Of a DNA stretch of 64,000 bases, positions 10,067-19,462 are shown piece by piece. A model generated the notes under the pieces. The model worked only from the letters and a program-made list of their open reading frames with translations, searched no databases and was not told the origin of the DNA. Position 1 is the first letter of the stretch; the number at the start of each line of letters is the position of its first letter. The DNA lies in the IMG/VR virus record IMGVR_UViG_3300035188_001379, positions 96,001 to 160,000 of that record; one strand, 5' to 3'. Source of the stretch: a virus. A program made the position numbers and the translations under genes.

Positions 10067-10069
10067 TAT

Positions 10070-10288
10070 ATGCAAATTGAACCTTGTCCTTTTTGTGCTA
10101 GCAAAACATTGTTTTTGCAAACCAGTACTGAAGATCGTGAAGGCGTACCATGTAACATTTTTTGTGACTCTTGTGGAGCAACAGGACCTACAGAGTACGT
10201 ACCTTCCGCCGAGATTGAGGAGTGTTATGCGAATGACACTTTCCCTCCTATAACTGTAAAACTATGGAACAAGCGAGCTAACTTATGA
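10070..10288 (+). CDS. Lar (restriction alleviation)-like Zn-ribbon protein
   Basis: IEPCPFCAS...IFCDSCGATGP...WNKRA. Confidence 0.7.
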   Translation: MQIEPCPFCASKTLFLQTSTEDREGVPCNIFCDSCGATGPTEYVPSAEIEECYANDTFPPITVKLWNKRANL

Positions 10289-10617
10289 CTAAACTATATA
10301 AAGCAAAAATTTGGACGATTGTCGAAGCCGAATCTTTGAAACAGCTTAAGAAAAGTTTTCAAATCGATCAAAAAGCTTTCGACGAAAGCTCTATAACCGA
10401 ACTTAAAGGTGTTGAAGATATACCAAAAGGGATAAGCCCAGAATCCTACGTCTCCACATATACAGGTTGGGGTGATCTAGAGATGTCTGGATTAACTATT
10501 GAAGAATGGTTTGAAGAAAATAGCACTGAAAGACGCAAGCAACAAAAAGAAGAAGAGCTTAAAGAGCTAGAAAAAGAAATAGCGAAAGTCAGAAAAGAAC
10601 TAGCGAGCCTAAAGTAA
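10285..10617 (+). CDS. hypothetical protein with C-terminal coiled coil
   Basis: ORF track. Confidence 0.6.
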   Translation: MTKLYKAKIWTIVEAESLKQLKKSFQIDQKAFDESSITELKGVEDIPKGISPESYVSTYTGWGDLEMSGLTIEEWFEENSTERRKQQKEEELKELEKEIAKVRKELASLK

Positions 10618-10642
10618 ACAGAAACAACCAGAAATTAATATT

Positions 10643-11290
10643 ATGCCCAAAGTATATTCAGTTTGGTATAGCAACAAAAAAGACGGATCGTGCTTGTATG
10701 CAAACAACATCGCTAAGCTAGAAACAGCGAAGCAAGATCTTAAAGATATTTTAACAAAACCTGGAGTATCGAAAGCTTGGATTAAGCTCTATGAAGAATC
10801 GACTGTAGAAGAAGCTTTCCCTGTGGTAGACCCTATGCAGAATATAGCCGATATGGATGAGCGCGAAGCGAAAGAAGCTCTGTTCCAGCTGCAAGTGCTA
10901 GTTAAGGCTATCCTAAATGTGCTGCCTAAGAGGCTTATCCCAAATAATGCGATAGCTAGTATTCCTGCAGTTATAAATGATTTTGTCTGTGAATCAGCAG
11001 ACCATATTATCGTAGTGGACCAGCTTGAAGAAGATGTTGGCATACTCAACAAAGAGATTGCTCTACTAGAACAAAGAGAAGCGAGACTTAGAAAAGTGCT
11101 CAGTAAAATTGCCGAAAATCTAGGTAACGGCAGCGCTATTTCTCAAGAGGCCAGCTTTGAGTTTATTGAGCAGATTCCTGATGAGATAAAGCTCGTAATA
11201 AAAAGACTATCTTCAGCGATACAAAAAGCTGAAAAAGAGAGTGAGCATTTCAAAAAAATTATTACAGATTTAAAAGATGCCGCCAAATAG
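10643..11290 (+). CDS. hypothetical coiled-coil protein
   Basis: 215-aa ORF. Confidence 0.65.
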   Translation: MPKVYSVWYSNKKDGSCLYANNIAKLETAKQDLKDILTKPGVSKAWIKLYEESTVEEAFPVVDPMQNIADMDEREAKEALFQLQVLVKAILNVLPKRLIPNNAIASIPAVINDFVCESADHIIVVDQLEEDVGILNKEIALLEQREARLRKVLSKIAENLGNGSAISQEASFEFIEQIPDEIKLVIKRLSSAIQKAEKESEHFKKIITDLKDAAK

Positions 11291-11546
11291 TATAACTCAG
11301 GACGACCTCGAGGATATCGAGGTGCTATATTCTAACCACGCTAAGAGACGATACTGGTGCCATGATACGTGGGTACCTGCAGGCTATTCGGTTGCAATAA
11401 TTCCCAACGAGTTAGTCGAAAAGATATTAAGTCCTGAAAAACCTAGCATAGAAAGCCTGGCCGACAAACTTGAAAAAGAGTACGAAAGAGGTTATGAGGC
11501 TGGGCTAGATGCAGCTTACTATTCAGCGCAACACAGGAAAGACTGA
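11277..11546 (+). CDS. hypothetical protein
   Basis: ORF track. Confidence 0.55.
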   Translation: MPPNSITQDDLEDIEVLYSNHAKRRYWCHDTWVPAGYSVAIIPNELVEKILSPEKPSIESLADKLEKEYERGYEAGLDAAYYSAQHRKD

Positions 11547-11559
11547 CCGGCTAAAAAAC

Positions 11560-11805
11560 ATGCACGACGACGCATCGCTAACTAACGTTCTTCTCGAAAA
11601 AGAAAGGGACGCTTGGCGCAATTGCGCTGACAATCTAGTAGACTATGCTCGAGAATTCGTAGCTAACCTAGAAACTTGGGGCAAAGGCTATGGAAGATAC
11701 GACAGAGAAATGCAAGAGGCCAAAAGCGCTATTTTAAAATACGTTGAGTTGACAGAAAAAGCAAAAAATGGAGCAACCTCCCAAACCAAAGCGAATAAAA
11801 ATTAA
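11560..11805 (+). CDS. hypothetical protein
   Basis: Start reassigned to MHDDA after the upstream stop. Confidence 0.5.
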   Translation: MHDDASLTNVLLEKERDAWRNCADNLVDYAREFVANLETWGKGYGRYDREMQEAKSAILKYVELTEKAKNGATSQTKANKN

Positions 11806-11806
11806 A

Positions 11807-11947
11807 ATGTCTGGCTCTACAGGAATAGAATTAGGGGTAGTACTGGCTATGATCATTAGTTATGTACACAATAAATCCATATTGTGGGCCTTACTTCACG
11901 GGCTACTAGGGTGGATTTATGTCATATACACAGCAGTCAAAAACTGA
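11807..11947 (+). CDS. 46-aa membrane protein (not in ORF track)
   Basis: Own translation: MSGSTGIELGVVLAMIISYVHNKSILWALLHGLLGWIYVIYTAVKN; exactly fills the gap and resembles a recurrent small phage/bacterial membrane family (NKSILWA..HG). Confidence 0.7.
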   Translation: MSGSTGIELGVVLAMIISYVHNKSILWALLHGLLGWIYVIYTAVKN

Positions 11948-11954
11948 AAATAAA

Positions 11955-12287
11955 ATGAACGACAAAGAAAAAAACGACAAACTTGCAGAGTGGCTGTTAG
12001 AGCTTAAAAACATCAAATCAGATATACAGGGGCTTGTAAAAGAACTAGACAAGATCAAAGAAGCTGCAGTAACTCCTGAGGCAAACGCGCTTCAAAAAGA
12101 AATGGTGAGTTTCATCTCTAGTCTCAATGACGCCCAAGCAGCCAGTGTGCAGCCAGACCCGTCTAGATTAGAGATTGCTGCAAAATTTTATACTGCAGAA
12201 TGGTGTGATACTCCTGAAACTGCACTAGAGCATGCAGACAAACTTATTGCAGCACATCTTAGAACTAGAGAATATGGTAACACTTAA
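11955..12287 (+). CDS. hypothetical protein
   Basis: Start reassigned to MNDKE; SRLEIAA...ALEHADKLIA. Confidence 0.6.
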   Translation: MNDKEKNDKLAEWLLELKNIKSDIQGLVKELDKIKEAAVTPEANALQKEMVSFISSLNDAQAASVQPDPSRLEIAAKFYTAEWCDTPETALEHADKLIAAHLRTREYGNT

Positions 12288-12654
12288 AACGCTAGATACA
12301 GCCTCAGCTCAAGAGGTATTCGACCAGATCACTGAGCACCTATTGACTCAGCAGAAAAGAAGTGTAGCTGGGCCTGGCTGTATGTACAAAACGACAGACG
12401 GGTTGAGATGTGCTGCAGGTTGCCTCATTTCAGATGAAGAATATCGTGAAGAAATGGAGGGATATGATTGGCGAGGTATTCTCGACACATTCAGCATAGC
12501 AAACAATCACATGGCTTTGATTGTTTCCATGCAGCGACTACACGACGACCGTCCTGTAGATGACTGGAGAGCAGAACTCGCAATTGTGGCAAGTATGTTT
12601 CAGCTGAACACAAAAGTGCTAAAGCAATTTGACAGAGACGAAACTTGCGCATGA
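12274..12654 (+). CDS. conserved phage protein (paralog of 8057..8455)
   Basis: TLDTASAQEVFDQITEHLLTQ...CMYKT.DGLRCAAGCLISDE. Confidence 0.75.
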   Translation: MVTLKTLDTASAQEVFDQITEHLLTQQKRSVAGPGCMYKTTDGLRCAAGCLISDEEYREEMEGYDWRGILDTFSIANNHMALIVSMQRLHDDRPVDDWRAELAIVASMFQLNTKVLKQFDRDETCA

Positions 12655-12893
12655 AACATAAAATAACTAAGCAGGACTATTACTACGAGTGTGGTGATGG
12701 CTGCTGTAGCTGGAACGCTACAAGATGGTATCTCAACGAGGTCGAGGTGTATGACGGTATGTGTGAAGACACCGCTTTCCTTGAGCTGTTAAAGGCTCTA
12801 GGTATACAAGCCACTATGTCTGGACTTGATGAGACCGACGAAGAGTTGTGGGAACTATCAAACTACGCAGAAACTGAAAAACCCGAAGAATAA
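12651..12893 (+). CDS. hypothetical protein
   Basis: YYECGDGCC motif. Confidence 0.6.
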   Translation: MKHKITKQDYYYECGDGCCSWNATRWYLNEVEVYDGMCEDTAFLELLKALGIQATMSGLDETDEELWELSNYAETEKPEE

Positions 12894-12895
12894 TT

Positions 12896-13084
12896 ATGTC
12901 TGACGAAACTAGAAATACCTCGCTAGCTATATGCCCTCACTGCGGTAAAGAATTTGAGGATAGCTGGGAGCTTTGCCAAAAGGACGAAGACGTCTACGAG
13001 TATGATTGTGATCGGTGCGAAAAACCGTTCACGGTACAAGCACACGTAAGCGTAACCTACACTACAACTAAAATAGAAAAATAA
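12896..13084 (+). CDS. small Zn-ribbon protein
   Basis: CPHCG...CDRCEKPF. Confidence 0.7.
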   Translation: MSDETRNTSLAICPHCGKEFEDSWELCQKDEDVYEYDCDRCEKPFTVQAHVSVTYTTTKIEK

Positions 13085-13617
13085 TGAAAAAAGCGCTGTT
13101 TAACAGTAAAGAGGAGCATTGGGCTTGGGTGTGGAAAAACTACATCAGCCTCTTTGGCACGATTGATGAAGAAGGTCGCTGGGAAGAGACGAGTATTTGG
13201 GAAGATGAGGATTTACCCAAACTAGAAACTTTCTTTAAGTGGCAAAAAGATATGCGTAATTTCGGGCATAGTATGCCTCCTGAAGTAAGAGAAAGCTTCG
13301 ATCACTATATGCTAGTGCACGAAGCGGCAGGAGATAAAAGAGATAGAAAAGACTTGTGCAGTGAAATGGAGCAAACTCAGTTAGTGGAGGTTCTAGGGTT
13401 TTCTCCGTACGAACAAGATCCAGACTATGAGTATATCCATGACTGGAGATATTCTGCAGACAATATCCCTGAGCTTAACAAAGATTACGGTATCAGCTAC
13501 CCTTGCATCATGGTATACCACCTTGAGGTTACCTGGGATCGTGCAGGTACAGCTGTGCTCGCTATCGTAGACTTCGTGTCATTAACAGAATTCAGCGAAG
13601 CAACAAAGAACCAGTAA
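13084..13617 (+). CDS. hypothetical protein
   Basis: 177-aa ORF, TAATG coupling. Confidence 0.65.
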   Translation: MKKALFNSKEEHWAWVWKNYISLFGTIDEEGRWEETSIWEDEDLPKLETFFKWQKDMRNFGHSMPPEVRESFDHYMLVHEAAGDKRDRKDLCSEMEQTQLVEVLGFSPYEQDPDYEYIHDWRYSADNIPELNKDYGISYPCIMVYHLEVTWDRAGTAVLAIVDFVSLTEFSEATKNQ

Positions 13618-13618
13618 A

Positions 13619-14071
13619 ATGAAAACCATAAGATACGCTATTGAGTGTAAGGAATATGTGTCAGCACATGCTTGGTATCGCTACGGCAGCTATGATACTC
13701 TAGAGGAAGCTGAGGCTGTTATGAGTAAAAAGCTGCACGAGACTGCTAATGTGCATGCAGTTCGTGTGCTTGAGGTTACGATGGAATCTGTTGAAATACG
13801 TAAACAGACAAAACAAAGACCTATCGACCCTAAACTTCTCGAGGATATCTTGAGTCAAGATCCTCTATTCACAGATGGTAGCGATTATGTTTGGAGACTT
13901 AGCTATGTGAATGCCCCAAACAAGGTATTTAAGTTAATACGCAAAGAAGGAGAAATGATCGTTGACTTTGAGAATGCGTATCTTGATGGAGGCGATTGGC
14001 TAACTGTTAGCGATCGTTTTGGAAATACGCGCAGCTTCCTTGTGTATACAAAAGAAAAATTTACCGAATAA
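13619..14071 (+). CDS. hypothetical protein
   Basis: ORF track. Confidence 0.6.
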   Translation: MKTIRYAIECKEYVSAHAWYRYGSYDTLEEAEAVMSKKLHETANVHAVRVLEVTMESVEIRKQTKQRPIDPKLLEDILSQDPLFTDGSDYVWRLSYVNAPNKVFKLIRKEGEMIVDFENAYLDGGDWLTVSDRFGNTRSFLVYTKEKFTE

Positions 14072-14078
14072 CAATAAC

Positions 14079-14384
14079 ATGAAAACTATTACACTTAAAA
14101 AAGCATACAGCCTACTAGCAAAAGCAAAATTTGTAAGTATCGACGGAGAGCAAGAAAAACAGCCGCCTCTATTATCAAGGTTGTTTAATGAGGAAGACAA
14201 TCGGTTTCTCTGGCTTAACAGCGGAGAGTCTGGAACAAAATGGATTAAGTTTTACGAAAAAGATAACAAGGCCGTGGAATTATCTGCTGACCGTAAAACC
14301 CTGACTATGACAGGTATTCAAAATCAGGTTAGTAAAAAAGTAAATTTAACTTTGCTGTCAGCTAGTGATGCTAGAAGTTTATAA
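14079..14384 (+). CDS. hypothetical protein (paralog of the 8934 N-terminus)
   Basis: MKTITLKKAYSLL...EDNRFLWLN...KFYEKDNKAV. Confidence 0.65.
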   Translation: MKTITLKKAYSLLAKAKFVSIDGEQEKQPPLLSRLFNEEDNRFLWLNSGESGTKWIKFYEKDNKAVELSADRKTLTMTGIQNQVSKKVNLTLLSASDARSL

Positions 14385-14394
14385 TCTCTAAAAC

Positions 14395-14730
14395 ATGTCA
14401 ACACGTTCGCTAATCGCAATCAAGAATGATGATGAAACATACGATGCTGTGTATTGTCATTTTGACGGGTACCCTGAAGCTCCTGGTGTAGGACATAAGC
14501 TTAAACAACATTACACCTCTGAAGAGCAAATACGAGAACTGCTTGCCGCGGGAAACATGAGTTCTCTGGGAGAGGACATTAAAAAATGTGAGTTTTACTC
14601 TAGTCGAGGTATGCCAGTTACTTTTTATAAAAACCTAACTAGCGAGCAGCTAAAAGAGAGAGCCCAAAATAGCTGGTGTGAGTACATACACATCTTCGAA
14701 GACAAAAAGTGGACTCACATAGAACTGTAA
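14395..14730 (+). CDS. conserved phage hypothetical protein
   Basis: MSTRSLI...YCHFDGYP...G.MSSL...EY..IF, a very common phage family. Confidence 0.8.
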   Translation: MSTRSLIAIKNDDETYDAVYCHFDGYPEAPGVGHKLKQHYTSEEQIRELLAAGNMSSLGEDIKKCEFYSSRGMPVTFYKNLTSEQLKERAQNSWCEYIHIFEDKKWTHIEL

Positions 14731-14734
14731 TTGT

Positions 14735-14953
14735 ATGAAATCATCTGACAAGGCATTAATCGAAGCCCTCAACATTCTAGTAGAGGATATCGACTCTATC
14801 GACGGTGTCGCTAACGCGGTCATCGCAGAAGCAGCTATGCGCCTCATAGAGCTTACAAAAGGTATCGAAGAAGTACTCGAAGATCTTCGACATCTTGCTG
14901 ACGGAGATAACTGTACTCTAATTAAGCTTAAAAAACTCGTAAACAAAAAATGA
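14735..14953 (+). CDS. hypothetical protein
   Basis: DGVANAVIAEAAMRL. Confidence 0.6.
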   Translation: MKSSDKALIEALNILVEDIDSIDGVANAVIAEAAMRLIELTKGIEEVLEDLRHLADGDNCTLIKLKKLVNKK

Positions 14954-15231
14954 AAAAAAGCATTAAAACACTTATAGATGAATGGGTAGACGCATACCAT
15001 TCAGATGAAGAAATACTATTAGCTGAACAATTTGAAGAGGCGTTCATCGGGATAGCCTACCAATTTGATAAAGCTATTGCTGTGTTTGATAGAGCTAAGT
15101 GCATCGAAATTCTTATGAGAGACATGACTCATGAGGAGGCTGAAGAATACTTCCAATTTAATGTAGAAGGCGCTTATGTGGGGCCTAATACTCCAGCCTT
15201 CCTGCAAAAATTTGAGCCAGATACTGAATGA
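14950..15231 (+). CDS. conserved phage hypothetical protein
   Basis: FEEAFIG...KCIEILM...EEAEEYFQFNVEGAYVGPNTP.F. Confidence 0.8.
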   Translation: MKKSIKTLIDEWVDAYHSDEEILLAEQFEEAFIGIAYQFDKAIAVFDRAKCIEILMRDMTHEEAEEYFQFNVEGAYVGPNTPAFLQKFEPDTE

Positions 15232-15668
15232 CCAAAGTACAACAAGGCCTTTGTGCAGCCATAAGCACATATACTAAAGTTAAAAAAGCCACAGTCACTC
15301 AGGTTGTAGAAGATTACTTGAAAGAAGAGGGCTGCGAATCTCCTATAATTACCGTTGCACTAAACCAAATTGATTTTGAGTTTACTGTAGGTGTATCGCA
15401 GCACACGATACCTCTAGGGGAGATGATGTTCTTCAAGTATCTCGAAAAATCTAGCCTGTTCGCAGATATGATAAATATGCTTAGAGACCAGGTAGAAGCT
15501 GTGGCTTTCTACTCTGGCGGAGCATTGCTCGTGGCTCGTATTGTTCCAGAGTATAACGGCACTGGAGGTATCTTTGTAAAAAGAAATAAAGATTCTATTG
15601 TAGGCTACGTCATTGAGCCAATACAGCATTATCTGGCAGATAACCATCCAATCCACAGAGAAGAATGA
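15228..15668 (+). CDS. hypothetical protein
   Basis: ORF track; ATGA coupling. Confidence 0.6.
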   Translation: MTKVQQGLCAAISTYTKVKKATVTQVVEDYLKEEGCESPIITVALNQIDFEFTVGVSQHTIPLGEMMFFKYLEKSSLFADMINMLRDQVEAVAFYSGGALLVARIVPEYNGTGGIFVKRNKDSIVGYVIEPIQHYLADNHPIHREE

Positions 15669-15853
15669 AGTTCAACTTACTCTACAATTCAGCAGAATTT
15701 TTAATCGGTATGATAAGAGAGAACTGCAATAATGCTGACGACTTATCGAAGATAGCTCTGGCTGTGGAGAGTATGCTTGAAGATTTACAAGAACCCTCAC
15801 AGCCCGCAACGCTAAAGCAGCTACTCATCCAGGTTGAAGAAAACGTGGAATAA
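15665..15853 (+). CDS. hypothetical protein
   Basis: ORF track; ATGA coupling. Confidence 0.5.
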   Translation: MKFNLLYNSAEFLIGMIRENCNNADDLSKIALAVESMLEDLQEPSQPATLKQLLIQVEENVE

Positions 15854-15854
15854 T

Positions 15855-15872
15855 TTGGTATAATATATTGAT
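15855..15872 (+). promoter_or_regulatory. extended -10 promoter TGGTATAAT
   Basis: TTGGTATAATATATTGAT, identical 18-mer at 26155-26172; intergenic. Confidence 0.7.
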
Positions 15873-15920
15873 GTAGCCGCTATTAGTGTCTGCATTCTTT
15901 AACAACTAAACCAAATCAAA

Positions 15921-16607
15921 ATGAGTGTTGTAATCCCTGAAACAGAAGAGAACGTGTTTGACGGTATTTTCTTAGAGGCCTGCCTCAAGAAAAGACTCCA
16001 AAGTCTGGTAAGCGAGACCACGCAGGAGCAAGACTTCTCCGTGTTTCCTCATCATCTCAGAAGCCCAGAAGTCTGGGTAAAAGATGAGAACGGTGAGGAA
16101 ATCAAGAGCGTAGAAAGTGTGATAAGAATGTTGCACAGCCTTACTGACGTACAAGAAGTCGCAACATACTACGGCTTCGACCACGACAAAGTCATAATGC
16201 TTAACGGCGCGCTACCTTTGAGTTGGCAGGCGCAGGTTAAAAATGTGATGGTCAGGCATCTACCAGGAAAGTATGTAAGAAATGGTGTAGACTGCGTATT
16301 TCTTGCAGAGATGCCTGCGATAGGTAAAGCGCCTAGAGGTAAGCGTAAATTAGTTGCTCGAGGTGTTCCTGGTGGAGCAATACTCACAAATGCTAGTTGG
16401 GACAATGTACCCAAAAAAGAAATTGTGAAGTATTACCATAATGTAACACTGAAGATCACCAGAGATAATCCAGAAGAGCAGATGCTGCTCAGCTGGTTCC
16501 CTGGGCTAGATCTAAAGTCCAACGTTTGCGATGGCCTAGAAGGAGTCTTTGTAGAGCTTCAAGGAGGTGCTCAATACAACAGACCTCAGTTTGCTGGGCG
16601 TCGATAG
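15921..16607 (+). CDS. hypothetical protein
   Basis: 228-aa ORF downstream of the promoter. Confidence 0.7.
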   Translation: MSVVIPETEENVFDGIFLEACLKKRLQSLVSETTQEQDFSVFPHHLRSPEVWVKDENGEEIKSVESVIRMLHSLTDVQEVATYYGFDHDKVIMLNGALPLSWQAQVKNVMVRHLPGKYVRNGVDCVFLAEMPAIGKAPRGKRKLVARGVPGGAILTNASWDNVPKKEIVKYYHNVTLKITRDNPEEQMLLSWFPGLDLKSNVCDGLEGVFVELQGGAQYNRPQFAGRR

Positions 16608-16656
16608 TTCAAAGTATAGTGCAAGGTGGGGAGCTAATAACTCCCCACCGTTTACT

Positions 16657-16917
16657 ATGAAAACCCTGGTATTCGTTAGCGGTATGGCTCTGATGGGCGC
16701 TATTGCGGTGGCTGTGAAAAACGACCTGCTGCAGTACGTCTATCTCATTACTTCTGCTGTAGTTTTTTCTGCAGCAGCTGTCGGAGGGTTACTACATTAC
16801 TTTAAAGAAGAAAATGTAGACTTCCGAGAAGTATATCGAGAGAAATACTTGATGCAAAAAGAGCAAATCGAAAAACTTAAAAAAGTAATTGAACAGCAAA
16901 AGCAATACACATCATGA
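16657..16917 (+). CDS. two-TM membrane protein
   Basis: Start reassigned to MKTLVFV; two hydrophobic helices. Confidence 0.6.
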   Translation: MKTLVFVSGMALMGAIAVAVKNDLLQYVYLITSAVVFSAAAVGGLLHYFKEENVDFREVYREKYLMQKEQIEKLKKVIEQQKQYTS

Positions 16918-17353
16918 GTATCTAGATCTTTCTTTGCTTATACCTGTTAAATTTCTTGTGGTGAGTGCAGGATTAAAAACGCTAGAAAAACACTACAAGA
17001 ACAATGAAGATTTTTACGACGATTTTACAAAGTTCAACTTCTGTAGCAACGCACCTAAAAAGCTTCCTAGAAATAAAAATGTAAATTTTTCAAACCTACC
17101 AAGAGAAGCAGAAAAAACTGTGTGCAACGCTAAAGAAAAGCTTTATAAAAAATCGACGAGAGAAATCTTTGATGTTTTGGGGATAGCCCCTACCTCTGTG
17201 AATAAATTTTCTCCTCTTGAGGCTAAATGGGAATTTGAGTACTGGCGAAAATTCAATACTCTTGAATATAAGAAGGAAAACGAGATAACTCTCGCAGAGC
17301 TTCTTCGCCCTTTGAACCAGCAAGAATTGCAAGAATATTTGCAGATGTTTTGA
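16889..17353 (+). CDS. hypothetical protein (start uncertain)
   Basis: Open frame with no clear ATG start. Confidence 0.5.
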   Translation: MNSKSNTHHEYLDLSLLIPVKFLVVSAGLKTLEKHYKNNEDFYDDFTKFNFCSNAPKKLPRNKNVNFSNLPREAEKTVCNAKEKLYKKSTREIFDVLGIAPTSVNKFSPLEAKWEFEYWRKFNTLEYKKENEITLAELLRPLNQQELQEYLQMF

Positions 17354-17360
17354 ATAATAA

Positions 17361-17397
17361 AAGGGAAGGCTCGTAAGGGTTTTCCCTTTTTTTTAGC
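17361..17397 (+). terminator. intrinsic terminator, T-tract-AGC type
   Basis: AAGGGAAGGC-TCGTAAGG-GTTTTCCCTT followed by T-run and AGC. Confidence 0.75.
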
Positions 17398-17422
17398 TAT
17401 TAGGCAAGCTATAATGGGATAA

Positions 17423-17710
17423 ATGGACAATCAATCAAACCCCCACGGATTCATGTTGCCTGAGAGTTTTCTTACCCAGCTATCAGAATATACGCGAGGG
17501 TATATGCTCCTTGTGTGCAATGAAAAAGGAGAGCTCTATGCTCACGAAGCTTACGATAACCCTGTAATTAAGCTTGGGTTAATCAACTTTGCAGATATGC
17601 ACATATCTGCAACATTAAGCCATATGCATAACGCAGCTATCAATGACGAAGATATGCTGCATAGCGAAGAAGAAGACGACGAAGATGAGTCTGGTGAGCG
17701 TGACAGCTAG
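17423..17710 (+). CDS. hypothetical protein with acidic tail
   Basis: FLTQLSEYTRGYMLL..NEKG; converges on the endolysin. Confidence 0.65.
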   Translation: MDNQSNPHGFMLPESFLTQLSEYTRGYMLLVCNEKGELYAHEAYDNPVIKLGLINFADMHISATLSHMHNAAINDEDMLHSEEEDDEDESGERDS

Positions 17711-18306
17711 GCGCACTTCTCAACAAGCTTTGCCTCTTTTTCGCGACGGTCTATAAGCCCGCTGCCTTTCTGCCACAGTCTTTTCATGCTTCTGATTTGC
17801 TGAGCAATTTGCTTATAATTTTTATCAGCAACAAGCTCCTTTATCTCGAGCATCTCTTTTCTAGTAGGGCCTTTTAAACTCATGCCTCTGTTGAATACTA
17901 GCGAAACGAGTGCAGTTTGTGCAGAATTACAAAGATTTTCTACTCCTGGAAAAGTGCGTTCCGTGTACTTTGTAAATTTAGGAAGAATGTGTAGCTCGAA
18001 TACACTGACAGCCTCATCCCATTCAAAAGTAATTCCCTTGAGCTTTTTGGTGTATGCTTCAGCGATTACACCCTTTTTACCTCTACCGTTCTGAATTAAA
18101 TCTAATTCATGCTCTGTAGTGAGAGGTTTGAAGATTTTGTCAATCTCGGTCGCAGTGTAGTAGCCTATATCTATACCTACCATAGCTGTAGGACCACTCA
18201 TTCCTTTAGGCCATATAAAGGTACGCTTGTATACTTGCTCGTAATAATCGCGACCACCTGTCTCTTCTTCGATGATAAAATCTACACCTGCTTGATCAAT
18301 TTTCAT
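17707..18306 (-). CDS. endolysin, lysozyme-like (GH24/pesticin-like)
   Basis: FIIEEETGG, WPKGMSGPTAMVGIDIG, QTALVSLVFNRG, GLIDRREKEA. Confidence 0.8.
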   Translation of the reverse strand: MKIDQAGVDFIIEEETGGRDYYEQVYKRTFIWPKGMSGPTAMVGIDIGYYTATEIDKIFKPLTTEHELDLIQNGRGKKGVIAEAYTKKLKGITFEWDEAVSVFELHILPKFTKYTERTFPGVENLCNSAQTALVSLVFNRGMSLKGPTRKEMLEIKELVADKNYKQIAQQIRSMKRLWQKGSGLIDRREKEAKLVEKCA

Positions 18307-18311
18307 AAAAG

Positions 18312-18728
18312 TTAGTCATGCAGCTCGTAGTCATCTTCTTTCTCATTTCCTACGTTCTTGGTAGTAATATCGACTATCTGTACATTGGTTGAAGTTGAAG
18401 CGCTGCTGCTGCTATTATAGCGAAGGTCGACCACTGCCTGTCCTCCAAGATAAACAGCCATAATGGCTGCAAATACTTCAATAGTTTTAGAGAACATTAC
18501 AGAATAAGTCGTAATTAGCTCTGTTTGATTTCCCATCAAAAAAAGAATTGCAACACTTGAGGCGTAGAATAAGCCTAAAATCAAAAAGCCCGAAAAAGCT
18601 ATGAAGAACTTTTTAGAGGCTAAATGGTTCGTATTCTCTAACTCTGCTTTTTTATTTTCAGGGGTGCCTGGGGGTGCTACACCAGTCTGTAAAAAAGAAG
18701 CGGCTGTTTTTAGTAATCTAGGCAGCAT
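18312..18728 (-). CDS. holin-like two-TM protein
   Basis: SKKFFIAF, two TM helices, YLGGQAVVD; directly upstream of the endolysin. Confidence 0.6.
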   Translation of the reverse strand: MLPRLLKTAASFLQTGVAPPGTPENKKAELENTNHLASKKFFIAFSGFLILGLFYASSVAILFLMGNQTELITTYSVMFSKTIEVFAAIMAVYLGGQAVVDLRYNSSSSASTSTNVQIVDITTKNVGNEKEDDYELHD

Positions 18729-18731
18729 AAA

Positions 18732-19241
18732 TTAAAAAGTGAAATAGATGGCAAGATAACCTAACCAAAAAACAAGTACGGGAGAAGCAAGAGAAACTAC
18801 AGGAGACCATACACCAAACGCAGCTGAGAAGTTTTTTAAAAAAGGTGCACCTACAGATAAATAAAGAAATAGCAGCAACCCTCCACAGATATAGCCAAAG
18901 ATTTGTCTTACTCTATGATACTTCACAACAAGCTCTTTTTGCTTGTTCTTTTCTACATCTACTTCTCGCTTTGTTTCACTTAATTTACTCTCAAAGTCTA
19001 GAGATTCTTCATAATAGCGCTCTTTCTCTTCTTGCTGCGTCACACCCCAACTTTCAAGAGATTGCAGATTTTGCTGCAGCTTAAGATTGTCCTGTTGGAG
19101 TTCTCGAACCAAAGAATCAGCTATTTGAAGATCTTGCTGAAGCAGAGCGAGCTCTTCAGCGATCTGCTGCTTCAAATTAACTGGCTTTGCACCAAAAGAG
19201 GTACTAGCAAAGCAGATTAAAAATAAAATAACCCTTAACAT
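18732..19241 (-). CDS. signal peptide + coiled coil + C-terminal TM protein (spanin-like?)
   Basis: N-terminal signal, long heptad region, two C-terminal hydrophobic segments. Confidence 0.55.
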   Translation of the reverse strand: MLRVILFLICFASTSFGAKPVNLKQQIAEELALLQQDLQIADSLVRELQQDNLKLQQNLQSLESWGVTQQEEKERYYEESLDFESKLSETKREVDVEKNKQKELVVKYHRVRQIFGYICGGLLLFLYLSVGAPFLKNFSAAFGVWSPVVSLASPVLVFWLGYLAIYFTF

Positions 19242-19244
19242 AAT

Positions 19245-19457
19245 TTACTCTAGGTTATCTAGCATCAGCCTTATCTTTTCAGCTCTAAAGTTAGCTTCAT
19301 TGATACTCTTACTTATAGAAAGAATACTGCTATTCATTTTTTCAGAGCTGACGGTGATTTTTGGTTTTGGAGTGTCTGTAGGGGCACCTAGTTTAGGCTT
19401 GCTAGTAGCGCACCCAACTAAAGTTAAATAGACAACAACCAGCAAAAACCTCCGCAT
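19245..19457 (-). CDS. small lipoprotein (o-spanin-like?)
   Basis: MRRFLLVVVYLT-LVGC lipobox. Confidence 0.65.
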   Translation of the reverse strand: MRRFLLVVVYLTLVGCATSKPKLGAPTDTPKPKITVSSEKMNSSILSISKSINEANFRAEKIRLMLDNLE

Positions 19458-19462
19458 AGTAG

